Program-made: the position numbers and the translations under genes
Shown: piece by piece, positions 44,469 through 59,418 of the stretch
Layout: every line of letters starts with the position of its first letter
Numbering within the stretch: position 1 is the stretch's first letter
Notes under the pieces: generated by a model
Databases searched by the model: none
The model's input: the letters and a program-made list of their open reading frames with translations, nothing else
Told to the model about the DNA's origin: nothing
Assembly: GCF_009914755.1 (NCBI RefSeq)
Contig: NC_060934.1
Length of the DNA stretch: 64,000 bases
Strand: one strand, 5' to 3'
Origin: the human T2T-CHM13v2.0 reference genome, Homo sapiens

Positions 44469-45897
44469 GAAAATCCCTTTTCTTTCACAAGGATAAAATT
44501 TTTAACATTAGAACTTTAAAATTTTAAATAAAAGAAAAAATTAAATCTATTTTGAGTACTGAAAAAGAAATCTGAATTTTTAGATACTATCACAAGTTCT
44601 ACAAAGGATAAAAACCTACCAACTGGAGAATCATCATTATCATAATAATATTGGTTTTTATTTGTTATACATGTACCATGTACCAGGTGTCATTTCAGGA
44701 GCTTTGCATACATTATTCCAGGGTGTCACAATAATCTTGCATGGAAGGCATTATTATGATCTCATCTTAAAATTAAGAAGCAGCAACTACCATTTTGGGG
44801 GTTTAGGATTCATACTCAAGGTCATGTGACTAGTAGGCAGCCAGGCAGGTATTTAAAAACCAATTTATCTGGCTCTTTCAGAGGCCTTGGTCTTTCCAGT
44901 ACATGACACTTAACAGATTTTCTCCCTCCTTTCAAAAGGTATGGAATATTGTTGGTATAATCAATAATGTGAGATGATTTAGGAGCACTGGGGAGTTATA
45001 CACAAAAACAAGTCACTCACCTCCCTCACAGGGCCCAGAATTCTGTCATCAGAATCATTCCCTTTGGGCTGAAAGCCCTATTACCTGCAGAAATTTTATT
45101 TTTAAATTAAAACACCCTAGTGGGGTAATGCATTAGGTGAATACACTTTCTTTTCTTTTTGATTAGTTTTTTTGGTTCTACTTTAAATTGGTTATTTTTT
45201 AAAAAATAAAATACTCTGCTTTTGTTAGTTGACTGGTTAATTTTTCCCCCACTTTTTATTTGCATTAAAATACACATAGGATAAAATTTATCATTTTCAT
45301 GATTTTTAAGGGTATGGTTTGGTGATATTAATACATTTGTAATTTTGTGCAAACACCACTGTACCATCTGCCTCCATGACTTTTTTTCATCTTGTAAAAC
45401 CTTAATTCTAAAACCATGCAACAATAACTCCCCATTTCTCCTTTCCCTTATCTCTTGGCAACCACCATTCCGCTTATCTCTGTGATTTTGACTGTTCTAA
45501 GTATCTCATATACATGGAATAACACAGCATTTTTTCTTTTGGACTGGCTTATTTCACTTCATATAATTTCCTCAAGGTTCATCCATGTTGTAGCATATGT
45601 CAAAATTAACTTGCTTTTAAAGGCTAATATTCCACTGTATATACAGTCATCTCTCAGTATCCATGGGGGACAGGTTCCAGGACCCCTGTGGATGTCAAAA
45701 ATCCACGGATGCTCAAGTCTCTCATATAAAATAGTGTAAATTTTCATATAACCTATACACATCCTCTGTATGTTTTAAATAATCTCTACATTATTTATAA
45801 TACAATGTAAATGTGACATAAATGATTTTATACTATATTTTAAAATATGTATCTTTAAAATTGTTGTTCTGCTATTTTTGTTTTTTTTCCCCATGCA

Positions 45898-46348
<451 letters not shown>

Positions 46349-48533
46349 AAATGTTTTTGATCTGTGGTTGGTTGAATCCATGAATGCAGACTCTGTGGAT
46401 ACGAAGGGCCAAATGTAAACACCATATTTTGCTTATCCATTCATCTGTTGATGTACACGTGTGCTGCATTCACATTTTAGCTACTGTGAACAATGCTGCT
46501 ATAAATATGGCTGTACACATATCTTTTTGAGACCGTTTTCAATTATTTCGGGAATATACTCAGAAGTGAAACTGCTGGGTCGTATGGTAGTTTTAATTTT
46601 TCGAGAAACTGTCATACAATTTTCCATTTCCACCAACAGTGCTCAAGGGTTCCCAACCTCATCTTTTTAATACTTGTAAATTTTTTATAGTAACCACCCT
46701 AATGGATATGAAATTATATAGCATTGTAGTTTTCACTTGCACTTCCGTAATGACTAGAGATGTTGAACATTTTTTCATGTGCTTATTGGCCATTTATGTA
46801 CCTTCCTTGGGAAAAAGTTATTCAAGTCCCTTGCCATTTTTCAACTGGGTTGTGTTTTTTATTGTTGCTGCTGTTGAGTTTTAGTTCTCTATATACTCTA
46901 AATTTTAATCCTTTATCAGATATACAATTTACAGATATTTTCTCTCATTCCGTGGGTGGTCTTTTTAGAAAAAATAATTTTAGAAAATTTTAGAAAAAAT
47001 TTTAATTGACACAGTGGAATTATACATACTTATGGGGGTACAATTTGATGTTTTGATACCTATCTATGCTATATAATTATCCAATCTGGGTGGCTAGTAT
47101 TCATCACCTCATGCACGTATTTCTTTGTGGTGGGAACATTTGAAAGCCTCTCTTCTAGCTGTTTCCTAATATACAATATTTCACTGTTAATTACAGTCAC
47201 TCTACTGTGTAACAGAACATCAAAATTTATTCCTACTGTCTAAATGTAACTATGTACCCACTGGCCAACATCTCTGCACCCTTCCATCTCTTCCCGCCCC
47301 TCCCAGTCTCTGGTAACCACTATTCTACTTCCTGTTTCAAGGATACCAACTCTGTTTTTGTTGTTGTTAAGAAAAAAAGATCTCATATGAGTGGGATCAT
47401 GTGTTATGTGTCTTTCTGTGTCTGGATTATTTCACAAAACATGACTTCTTTCAGGTTCATCCAATTGTGGCAAATGAGAAGATTTCATACTTTCATGGCT
47501 GAATAATATTCCATTATGTATATATACATTTTCTGTATTCATTCTTGCATTAATGGGCACTTAGGTTGATTACGTATCTTAGTTATTGTAAACAGTGCTG
47601 CAATAAACATGGGAGTTGAAGTTTTCTCTTCAACATAGTAATTTCTTTTGGATATATACCTAGTAATGGAATGGCTGGATTGTATGGTAGTCCTATTTTT
47701 AATTTTTTGAAGGATCTCCATACTCTTTTCCATAATGGCTAATTTACAATCCCACCAACAATGTGTTTCCCTTTCTCCACATCCTTGCCAACCCTTATTT
47801 TCTCTTTTTAACAATAGCCATGCTAACTGGAGTGAGGTGGTATTTTATCGTGGTTCTGATTTGCACTTTCTTGATGATTACTGATGTTGAGCATTTTTTC
47901 ATATACATGTTGGCCATCTGTATGTCTGCTTTTGACACATGTCTATTAAGGTAGTTTGCCCATTTTCTTAATCAGGTTTTTTTTTTTTTTTGCTGTTATG
48001 ATCCTTTTATGTTCTGAATATTAACCTCTTGCCAGATACATACTTTGTAAATATTTACTCTCATTCTTTAGGTGCCTCTTCACTCCGTCAATAGCTTCCT
48101 TTGCTGTGCAAAAGCTTTATAATTTGATGTAATCTTGTTTGTCTAGTTTTGCTTTTGTTGCCTGCTGCTTTTGAAGTCTTGTTTAAAAAACCCTTCTCCA
48201 GGTCAATGCTGTGAAAAGTTTCCTCTCTGTTTTCTTCCAGTAGTTGCATAGTTTTGGGTTTTACATTTACATTTTAATCTGTTTTGATTTTTCTTTTTTT
48301 TGGTAAGAGGTAGAGGTCTAGACTCATTCTTTTGCATGTTGATATCCAATTTTCCCAGCACCATTTACTAAAGAGATTTGTCTTTTCCTTAATGTGTGTT
48401 CTTGCCACCATTATGAAAAATTAGTTGGCTATAGGTATGTAAATTTATTTGTCGGCTCTCTATTCTGTTCCACTGGTTTATGCGTCTGTTTTTAAAGCCA
48501 GTAACATGTTTAGGTTCCCATAACTTTGTAGTA

Positions 48534-48898
48534 GCATTGACCCTTGAACAACTTTTGACTTCCCCCAAAAAACTATTAATAGCCTACTATTGATCAGAAA
48601 CCTTACGGATAACATAGTCAATTAACATATTTTGTCTGTTACATACATTATATACTATATTCTTACAATAAAGCTAGAGAAAATGTCATTAAGAAAAACA
48701 TAAGGAAGAGTAAATATATTTATTATTTATTAAGTGGATGTGGAGTATTATAAAGGTCTTCATCCTCATTGTCTTCCTGGTGAGTAGGCTTCCTGTTGAG
48801 GGATTTGTCTTGCTGTTTCAGGGGTGGCAGAAGCAGAAGAAAATCTACATAAAAGTGAGCCTGCACAGTTTAAATCTAAGTTCTTTAGGAGTCAACTG
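48534..48898. mobile_element. Tigger2a/MER28-type DNA transposon nested in L1
   Basis: Termini (gca)ttgacccttgaacaac ... gtcaactg|TA; internal aatagcctactattgatcagaaacctta and aaaggtcttcatcctc. Confidence 0.85.
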
Positions 48899-49411
48899 TA
48901 CATTTTGAACTTGGTTGGTGTGATACCTGCAGGTTTTTCTTTTTGCTCAGGGTTGCTTTGGCTATTTGGGTCCTTTTGTGGTTCCATATGAATTTTAGGA
49001 TTTTTTTTTCTATCTGTGTAAAGAATGTCATTAGTATTTTGATAGGAATTGCATCAAATCTGTAGATTATTTTAGGTAATATGGCCATCTTAACTATATT
49101 AATTCTTCCAAACCATGAAGACAAAGTAGCTTGCCATTTATTTGTGTCCTCTTCAATTTCTTTTGTTAAAGTTTTAGAGTTTCAATATAGAGAGCTTTCA
49201 ATTTGGTTTTGTTTCTATTATCTTTTTTTTTTTAAGCTATCGTAAATGGAGCTGTTTTCTTGATTTCTTTTTCAGATAGTTAATGAACCAATATTAATAA
49301 TGGTTAATATATAGAAAGACTACTGATTCTTGTATGCTGATTTTGTATCCCATAACTTTACTGAATTCATTTATTAGTTCTACCAGTTCTTTAGTAGAGT
49401 CCTTTGGTTTT

Positions 49412-50340
49412 TTTTTTTTAATTATACTTTAAGTTTTAGGGTACATGTGCACAATGTGCAGGTTACATATGTATACATGTGCCATGCTGGTGTGTTACAC
49501 CCATTAACTCGTCATTTAGCATTAGATATATCTCCTAATGCTATCCCTCCCCCCTTCCCCCACCCCACAACAGTCCCCAGAGTGTGATGTTCCCCTTCCC
49601 GTGTCCATGTGTTCTCATTGTTCAATTCCCATCTATGAGTGAGAACATGAGGTGTTTGGTTTTTTGTCCTTGCGATAGTTTACTGAGAATGATGATTTCC
49701 AATTTCATCCATGTACCTACAAAGGACATGAACTCATCATTTTTTATGGCTGCATACTATTCCATGGTGTATATGTGCCACATTTTCTTAATCCAGTCTA
49801 TCATTGTTGGACATTTCGGTTGGTTCCAAGTCTTTGCTATTGTGAATAGTGCCGCAATAAACATACGTGTGCATGTGTCTTTATAGCAGCATGATTTATA
49901 GTCCTTTGGGTATATACCCAGCAATGGGATGGCTGGGTCAAATGGTATTTCTAGTTCTAGATCCCTGAGGAATCCCCACACTGACTTCCACAATAGTTGA
50001 ACTAGTTTACAGTCCCACCAACAGTATAAAAGTGTTCCTATTTTTCCACATCCTCTCCAGCACCTGTTGTTTCCTGACTTTTTAACGATTGCCATTCTAA
50101 CTGGTGTGAGATGGTATCTCATTGTGGTTTTGATTTGCATTTCTCTGATGGCCAGTGATGATGAGCATTTTTTCATGTGTCTTTTGGCTGCATAAATGTC
50201 TTCTTTTGAGAAGTGTCTGTTCATATCCTTTGCCCACTTTTTGATGGGGTTGTTTTTTTCTTGTAAATTTGTTTGAGTTCATTGTAGATTCTGGATATTA
50301 GCCCTTTGTCAGATGAGAAGGTTGCCAAAATTTTCTCCCA
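49412..50340 (-). mobile_element. Young 5'-truncated L1PA3-like insertion nested in L1MA ORF2
   Basis: Close to the L1 3' consensus (aatgacgagttaatggg on the minus strand; gatagtttactgagaatgatgatttccaat). ORF 49757-50224 is the ORF2p C-terminus. TSD tttggtttt/ttcggtttt. Confidence 0.93.
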
Positions 50341-51070
50341 TTCGGTTTTCTATATGTAAGATCATGTCTGCAAACAGGACAATCTGACTTCCTCTTTTCC
50401 AATTTGGATGCCTTTTATATCTTTCTCTTCCCTAATGGCTTAGGCTAGGACTTCCAGTACTATGTTGAACAGAAGTAGCAGAAGTTGGCATCCTTGTCTT
50501 GTTCCATATATTAAAAGAAAGCTTTTCCTCATTCAGTATGATGTCAGCTGTGGGTTTTTCATACATGACATTTACTGTGTTAAGGTACATACCTTCCATA
50601 ACTAATTTGTTGAGTTTTTATGAAAGAATGTTGAAGGATGTCAAATGCTTTTTCTGCATCTACTGAAATGATCATATTGTTTTTGTCTCTTTTTGTTAAT
50701 GTGATGTATTACACTTATTGACTTGCATACGTTAAACTACCCTTGCAACACTGGTATGAGTAATACTTGATCACAGTGAATGATCTTTTTAATGTGCTGC
50801 TGGATTCAGTTTGTTAATATCTTATTAAGAATTTCTGCATCTATGTTCACATTACAGATACTTACCTGTAGTTTTGCTGTTGTTGTTGTATCATTGTCTG
50901 GTTTCAGGATCAGGGTAATGCTGGCCTCATAAAATTTTACAAATACTCCCCACTTATCAATTTTCTGGAATAGTTTGAGGAGAACTGTTATTAGTTCTTC
51001 TTCAAATGTTTTGTAGAATTCAGTAGTGAAGCCATCAGGTCCTAAGCTTTTCTTTGATGAAACATTTTTT

Positions 51071-51469
51071 TTAAATTTTTTTATTTTTTATTATACTTTA
51101 AGTTCTGGGATATATGTGCAGAAAGTGCAGGTTTGTTACATAGGTATACATGTGTCATGGTGGTTTGCTGAACCCATCAACCCATCATCTACATTAGGAA
51201 TTTCTCCAATGCTATCCCTCCTCTTACCCCCTACCCGCCGACAGGTCCCAGTGTGTAATGCTCCCCTCCGTGTGTCCATGTGTTCTCATTGTTCAACTCC
51301 CACTTATCAGTGAGAACATGCAATGTTTGATTTTCTGTTCCTGTGTTAGTTTGCTGAAAATGATGGTTTCCAGCTTCATCCATGTTCCTGCAAAGGACAT
51401 AAAGTCTTTCTTTTTTATGGCTGCACAGTATTCCACATGGTGTATATGTGCCACATTTTCTCTATCCAG
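51071..51469 (-). mobile_element. 5'-truncated L1PA7/8-like insertion nested in L1MA ORF2
   Basis: ttatactttaagttctgggata...ggtggtttgctgaacccatcaacccatcatctacattagg; TSD gaaacatttttt/gaaagacttttt. Confidence 0.88.
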
Positions 51470-54400
51470 GAAAGACTTTTTATAACTAATTGTCTCACTA
51501 GTTATTAGTCTGTTCAGATCTTTAATTTCTTTATAATTGAATCTCAGTAGTTTGTATATGTCCAAGAACTTATCTATTTCTTCCATATTATCAAATTTGT
51601 TGGCATATAGCAGCTCATAATATTCTCTATAATTTTCTGTATTTCTGTAGTATCAGTTGTAACATCTCCTTTTCCATCTCTGATTTTACTTGAGTCTTGT
51701 TTTTTTTAGTCTAGCTTAAAGTTTGTTGATTTTGCTTATCTTTTCAAAAAACCAACTCTTCGTTTTCTTGATCTTTTGAATGTTAATTTGTCTTTATTTC
51801 TTCTCTGAGCCTTATTCTACCTTTCCTTCTATCAATTTTGGGTTCAGTTTGTTCTTGTTTTTCTAGTTCCTTGTGGTACGTCATTAGGTTGTTCATTAAA
51901 AATCTCTCTTCTTTTCTAATGTAGCTGTGTATTGCTATAAAATTCCCTGTTAGAACTGCTCTCTCGCTGTGTCTCACAGGTTTTGGTAAGATGTGTTTGC
52001 ATTCTTGTTTGTCTCAAAGCAATTTTTCATTTCTCTGTTAATTTAATTGACCCACTGGTTGTTGAGGGCCATGTTGTTTAATTTCCACGTATTTCAAAGT
52101 ATCCAAAGTTGCTCATGTTGTTGTTTTCTAGTTTCATACCACTGTGGTTAGAAAAGATACTTGATAGGATCTCTATCTCAAATCTGTTAAGATTTGTTTT
52201 GTGGCCTAGCATGTGCTCTATCCTGGAGAATGTTTCATGTGTAATTGAGAAGAATTTGTATTCTGCAGCTGTTAAAATGTTCTGTAAATATCTGCTAGGT
52301 GCATTAGGTCTTTGATGTAGTTTTAGTCTGATATTTCTTTGCCAAACTTCCCTTTTATAATTGTATTGCAGTTGATCTGTACCTTTATGTGCAATCATGT
52401 TTGTTTTGTACATCTGTATGTTTCAGGGTTGAGTGCATATGTATTTGTTACAATATTCTCTTATTGAATTTATCCTTTAATCATGACATAATGACCTTTT
52501 TTCTTTTTCCAGTTTTTGACTTAAAATCTGTCTTATCTGATACAATTATAGCTACTCCTGCTCACTTTTGGTTTCTGTTTGTATGGAATATGTTTTTCCA
52601 TTCCTTCACTTTCAGTTTATGTTTGTCTTTAATGATGATGTGAGCCTCTTGTAGCCAGCAGATAGTTGGGTCTTATTTTTAAAACCTGTTCGACCACTCT
52701 GTGTTTTTAAATTTGAGACTTTAATCCATTTATATTCAAGGTCATATCAATAAAAATTTATTCCTGCCATATTGTTGTTTTCTGCTTGTTTTGTAGATCC
52801 TTTTCCCCTTTCTTTTACTCATGTTATTTTCCTTCGCGGTTTGGTGGTTTTCTGTGCTGCGAAGTTTTGTTTTCTTTCTCTTTACTGTTTATTATTCTGT
52901 AGTAATTTCTTTCTTTGTGGTTACCATGGGGCTAACATAAGAGTCTTGTAGTTACAATAGACTACATCAACCTGATAGCAATTTAAATCTGGTTGCATGA
53001 AAATATTCTAGACTTAACCCCATACACAATTAATATTTTTGTTGCCTTAATCTACTTATTTATTATATATTTGTAGCCACTAAGTGTGGTTGTTGTTGTT
53101 TTTGACCTTTTTGACTTCTAAGTCTTCATACTAGAGGATTGAGAGATTTACATAGGACCATTAAATCACTAGAGTATTTTATGAATTTACCTCTACTAGT
53201 GAGTTTTACACCTTCACATGTTTTCATGATAATTATTGTCCTTTCTTTTCCAGTGGTAGCACTCCCTTAAGCATTCCTTATAAGGCCAACCTACTGGTCA
53301 CAAATTCTCTCAGCCTTTGCTTGTCTGAAAAGGTCTTATTTCTCCTTCATTTCTGAAGGATAACTTTGTTGGATATAATATTCTTGGCTGACAGTTCCTC
53401 CTCCCCACAAGCCCCCCTTCTTTCAGCACTTTGAATATATCATCCCATTCTCTTCTAACCTGCAAGGTTTCTGCTGAGAAATCTACTAGTAGTCTAATGG
53501 ACATTCCCTTGTGTGTGATGTGACACTGTTTTCTTGTGGCTTTTAAAATTCTGTCTTTAACTTTTGAGAGTATGATTATAATGTGCCTCAGAGAGGACTG
53601 AATCTAACTGGGGACCTCTGAACTTGCTGAATTCCTATGTCCGTATTTCTGCCAAGACTAGGGAAGTTTTCATCTATTATTTCATTACATAGGTTTTCTG
53701 TGTCTTTCTCCAACTCTTCTCCCTACGAAGTTCCTATAATGCACACATTTGTTCATTTAATGGTATCGCATGAGTCCCACAGGCTTTCTTCAATTAAAAT
53801 TCTTATTTTTTTTTCCCTCTGACTGGGATAATTCAAGAGGCCTGTCTTCAAGTTCAGAAATTACTCTGCCTGATCTAGTCTGTTGTTGAAGCTTTCACTT
53901 GCACTTTTTATTTCATTCATAATTCCTCAGCTCCAAGATTTCTGTTTGGTTCTTTATGACACTTATCTTTGTTGCATTTCTCATTCGGATGATGAATTGT
54001 TTTCCTGATCTCACTGAATTATTTGCTGTATTCTCTTGTATCTCCATGAGTTTCCTTAAGATTATCTTATTTTCAGGCATTTCATAAATGTCCTTTTCTT
54101 TGGGGTCTTTTACTAAAGACTTATTGTATTCCTTTGCAGGTATCACATTTCCTTGCTTTTTCACATTGCTTGTGTCCCTATGCTGATATCTGAACATCTA
54201 GTGGAATAGTGACCCTTTCCAGGTTTATGAAGTAACTTTCATTAGGAGATAATTCTTCCTGTAGATAGGTCCCAAGGTGTCATTTGAGTGTGGTGAGTTA
54301 GCTTTAGTTCTGGGTGGACTCAGTAGCATGGTCTACATGTAGTTTTTTCAGCTGCAATCTTCATCAGCAATGTCTGCAATTGCCTCAATGGCCTATGCTG

Positions 54401-55655
54401 TAGGTATTTGTGGTGGTCGTAGTGTGTGGTTTTGCTGGGAGTAGGGGTGTTGGGCTGGCTGTTGGGCTGAATATGTATGGGTGTGGAGGGCGAAAAGGCT
54501 CTCCAACAGGCTTTTCAGGGAGGTGGGGCCACCACTAGTCTGGCTGTTGGGCTGAGCTTAGGTGCATATGGGTGTGGCTAGCTGAGCAGCTACGTGGCTG
54601 TCTCTTCAAGAGGATGGATGAAGAGTCTACTGGTCTGATGCTGTGCCAGCTGCACATAGGTGCAGCTGTTTCAGGTGGCCCTGTAGGAGTCTGTCTAGAG
54701 GAGCAGGTCCACCACTGGCCCAGCTCTTGGGCTGGATGCCAGTGTGAAATGGGGTTGGGCAGCCTTGCAGTTATTTGGGAGGGAGGGCTGCTACTGGACC
54801 AGCTGTCAGGCTAGACATAGAATAGCAGCATTCAGCTGCTCTTTGGGTGTCTGTATGCGGGAACGAGGCTGCCACAGGACCAACAGTTGGACCAGCTATG
54901 GATGCACCGCGCTTGGTGGGACAGGTGGCTATGGTGCAGGTACGTGCAGGAGAGGTAATTGGCTGACTGTTCAGTGACTTCAGCACCGTACAGATCTGCC
55001 TGTTCCCTGGGGGGTGGGGGGATGTGGTGTGTCACTTGGGTTTGAACACTGGGGTCTCAGTCATTCCATGTGACCTATGCTTTGGGTAGCTATGGTCATA
55101 GTGCTGCAGGTACCTGTGTGAATGTGGTATAAGGACAGCTAGGCCTCCAGGATGAAAAGAGTCAATTGCTACTGGTGCGCAGGGCAGGATGCACTCTAGC
55201 AGTGGGAAAGGTTCAAGATGGGACAGAGTTGAAGCTGCTTAGGTTGCGGGTCCTCAACGTGGACACTGAGGCATTGCATCTGTGTGAGCTCCCGGCTACT
55301 CTCCAAACTGGATTGGGGGCCTGTGAAGTTTAGGGGACTCCTATATCAAAGACTGCTAGCATTTCTGGTGGCAATGGGGACTGCTGGGAATCACCAGCAT
55401 ACATTTCCCCATAAACAGCACCCCATGACTGCCAAGTCTCCACTGGGGGAGACTGTGGCAGAGGCAGGATGCCTCGCTCACCTGTCCATGGTGCTGTCCT
55501 GGCCTTCCATGCACCACAGGAAGTTTGCTGCTCCCCTAGTGCGGTCCAGCATACTTCCTCGTCACTCTAGTTGAAATATAGTTGTTTACTTGTTGTTTAG
55601 ATCCCCTTTTGGGGGAGGGATGAGCACTAGGCAACTCTCATTGGCCATATTGCTC

Positions 55656-56315
55656 TGGGTTGCCTTTTCATTGTGTTGATGTTGTCTTTTGATGCACAAA
55701 ATTTTTAAATTTTCATGAAGTCCAATTTGCCTATTTTTTCTTTTGTTGTCTGTGCCTTTGGTGTCATAGCCAAGAAGTCATCTTAAAGTCCAACGTCTTG
55801 AAAATTTTATCCTACAATTTCCCCTAAAATTTTTATAGTTGTAGTTCTTACATTTAGGTTTTTTATTCATTTTGAGTTAATTCTTCTATATGTTATTAGG
55901 CAAGGGTCCAACTTCATTCTTTTGCATATGCCTATGTAGTTTTTCACTTCATCATTTCTTAACAAGACTGTCTTTTCCCCATTGAGTGGTTTGGGCACAC
56001 TTGTCAAAAAATCACTTGACCATTTAGGCAAGGATTTATTTCTGGGGTCTCTATTCTATTCCATTGGTCAATATATCTGCCTTTAGGCCAGTACCACACT
56101 GTTTTGACTACTGGAACTGTAGCAAGTTTGAAATCAGGAATTGTTAAATCCTTCAGTTTTGTTCTTTCTCAAGGTTGTTTTGACTACTTGAGGTCTGTTG
56201 CAATTCCATATGAACTTTAGGGTGGGATTTTCTATTTCTGCAAAAAACATCAGCGAGATTTTCATAGCGAGTGCATTAAATCTACAGATTGCTTTAGATA
56301 GTGTGATATACTTCA
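55656..56315 (-). mobile_element. L1MB-like element, ORF2 continuation
   Basis: Resumes the consensus broken at 46965; ORF 56134-56352 KAICRFNALAMKISLMFFAEIENPTLKFIWN is ORF2p-like. Confidence 0.82.
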
Positions 56316-59108
56316 CTAATAGGTCAGAACAAGTATTTTTAGCAGGTTGCATTTAAATATAGGCAAGCATTTCCCTATTCAAGAGTCAAAACAAAGTAGA
56401 AAAATTTTTCTTAATCAGATAATTTATTTACACAGTCTTTAAAAAGAACAAAATCTCATGTAAGTATATGTTGAACAAATCTTCTTAAAAGAATAAAATC
56501 TCCTTAGTCGGAATTCTTGATGAAAATCATCACACAGAGATTATGGAAACTGAAACTATCTCAGAAAAAGTTCAAATGTAGGAAAAGGAAGAACGGGTCT
56601 AGATAGGGCATCAGAGAGACGCCTTCACAGGCAGGCTAAGGGAGGTGGGTGCCAGGGCCAGGGCATAAATGTTCAACTGAGTGTAGCAGGACTACGATGT
56701 TCTGTGGGAGGCTTGGAGCTCTTGGAGTTGAGGTGTTATATTTTAATCTATCTTTATTTTTAAGAGTAGAAACGTCTACACTATTGCAGAGAAAAAGCCA
56801 TGACTCACTTTTCACAATGTACATGGCTGATCCTAAGCAGTTCTGAGAGCCCTCACATATTTCTGCAAGTTTGAAAATGCTGCTTTCTCTGGGAAGTCGG
56901 GTAGGGAATGAGAGGCAAAGGGGATATGCCCTCCTGATCCCTGCTACCTCCTTCCATACATGATATGAGCACCAAAAGACCACACTCATCAGGTGAGATA
57001 AGAAGACTCCAGGGGACTGCCTCTTCAGGAGGCACTGATAAGCGTATTTCAACCTTTGATCTATAACCACGTATACAAATACACTATTGATAACATTACT
57101 TAGAAAAGGAGTCTGACCATGATCTAGATGCCTGTACAACTAAAGAGCCCTTTCAGAGAAGTTTGGAGGGTATGAAGCGTTATTAAATTTTAATTTCTAA
57201 AATATGTAATAGGAGGAAATGACTTCTTAGATACCTTCATAGGAGACAAGAGGTCAAACAAATACAGACTGATTTCATCACTGTGCATATGATCACGTAA
57301 TCTTAATATTCATCTTAAGAACCTTCCCTTTTTAATGTCTAACCTCAAACCCTGTTGCTAAAAAAGTATGGGAATTTTTTCAGCCAATAGGACAAATACT
57401 GAAGTTTAAATGTCATTGTAATATATTACTAGACACTTGCTCATAGGGAAGTATGAAACGAAATTAACTTTATTTTTTTATTTACATATAAATACCCTTG
57501 AATCCAATTTTATTAAAGGTTAAGTAAGGGATCAACCTACTATACAGAACCTAAACTTAAGTTATATGTAAAAATGGCTTGTTTCAGCTTTGCTTCCCGC
57601 TCTGGGGCTTATATTTTTATTACTTTGGTGCTATGTGTTACATTCTCTACAGAGGCTGGAGATGGTGAGTGTGCAGATATTATGTCATATAAAATATGTA
57701 CAAAGATAATTAAGAAGTATGAGTGACATAACTGCCAAGTCTACATAAAAACTGCAACAACTGTAACTTAAATTCCAGTGAATTCAAAATTCTTCATGCT
57801 AAAAATAAACCAATCCAATAGTTTTTAGGTTATATATTAACAATGCATTTTAATGCATTTTCATGAAACATTTTCACTTGTTCTCAGGTTTAACAAGAAT
57901 ATTTCAGAAGAAACAATGAAAAGAAAACCACAACTATCTGAAAGCAATTATTTCCATATAACCATGTATGTAAACACACAGATAAATGTACATAACCTTC
58001 TTTAGGACTGGAGAAATCTGAGAAAAGCAAAAACAACATACCAAAGCTAATATAAATAAAGGATGCCTTATTGTCTAGTATTACTCCACAGTCAAGCACA
58101 GACCAAGGACATAAACTGTTGTACTTCAAAAATTTAACAGTAGGACTCAAGAAAAATGAAAGCAAATTAACTATATGACTCAAGGGAAAAAATGTCTATC
58201 CCGCCTCTCAAGGATCTACTTAGGCAACTTACCAGTCCTAACACAAAAAAAACGCATTACTATAAATAACAGAGTGAAAGTGGAGATCTACCACAATTTT
58301 GGACGCGGGTGAGGATGATTACATCATGCATTTGTTTCCAGTATTTTTGGAAAGCCAACTGTCTTGGGTTAAAAATATGAAATACTGTCACAGTAACAAA
58401 TAACAAAAAAAGAAAGTACTATGATACTCTACTCAAGAAAGAAAACAATCAACAAACACAAAGTCATTTTCAAATGTGAAGGTGTTTCCAAAGCTCAATT
58501 TATTTAAAAAAAAAAAAAAAAAAGAAAGAAAGAAAGAAAAGAAAAAGAAATAGAGCTTGAATATCTGGGCCCTGGCTTGACTCCAAGCATTGGCACTTCT
58601 TGCTACTGGTTTACACAGCATTTTCCATACCCAAATTCCAGCTTGCTACTATCAATTCCCAAATTCCAGACTATTCTAATATTCCTTAGCATTAATATAA
58701 TAAAAATTGACATCAAAAAAGGGTACACAGAATTTATACTCAGTAGCAAGAATCATTTTAAACACAAAATAACAACCTTAGGCAGTAAATAAACTATATG
58801 TGACATGTTATACATTATTTGTATTTATCATTTTATTTGATTATCCTGATCTGGAAAGTCAAAGAGATGGTCACAAGGGCAAAAATTTTTGTTTGGTAGT
58901 AGTCTGACATCAACAAATGTGAACAAATGGTGTCCTCTAATCTAATGGAGAGCCAGGTCCCCTAGCCAATGATGACAATTTAAAACGGTAAATGGCACAT
59001 CTTAGGAGAAACAAAAGTAGGCCTTCTCAGAATGGTCAGACTCATGGCTCAAATTTTATACAACTGTATTTAAAAATTGTAAAATAAAGTAACAACAAAA
59101 AAAGTGGT

Positions 59109-59410
<302 letters not shown>

Positions 59411-59418
59411 ATTATGTT

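Larger units (their letters stand above)
46966..55655 (-). mobile_element. Near full-length, decayed L1MA-like LINE-1 (5'UTR, ORF1, ORF2, 3'UTR)
   Basis: ORF1p remnants (KKQGNVIPAKEYNKSLVKDPKEKDIYEMPE at 53913-54197; IRLLVDFSAETLQVRREWDDIFKVLKE...CQPRILYPTKLSF at 53310-53504). ORF2p remnants: endonuclease (TFSRIEHMLGHKTNL...SNHSGMKLE at 52078-52413), MEEIDKFLD, and [26 protein letters not shown]-richer 5'UTR ends in a YY1-like CAATATGGCC. TSD tgggtggtctttt (46953) / tgggttgcctttt (55656). Confidence 0.88.

Noticed and set aside
49757-50224. 155-aa ORF as a functional gene
   Set aside because: C-terminus of L1 ORF2p in a 5'-truncated copy lacking promoter, endonuclease and RT.
46966-55655. 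Active LINE-1
   Set aside because: ORF1 and ORF2 are broken by many stops and frameshifts and by three nested insertions.
56636-57139. 167-aa - strand ORF
   Set aside because: Non-ATG start, composition typical of random non-coding translation, and no family resemblance.
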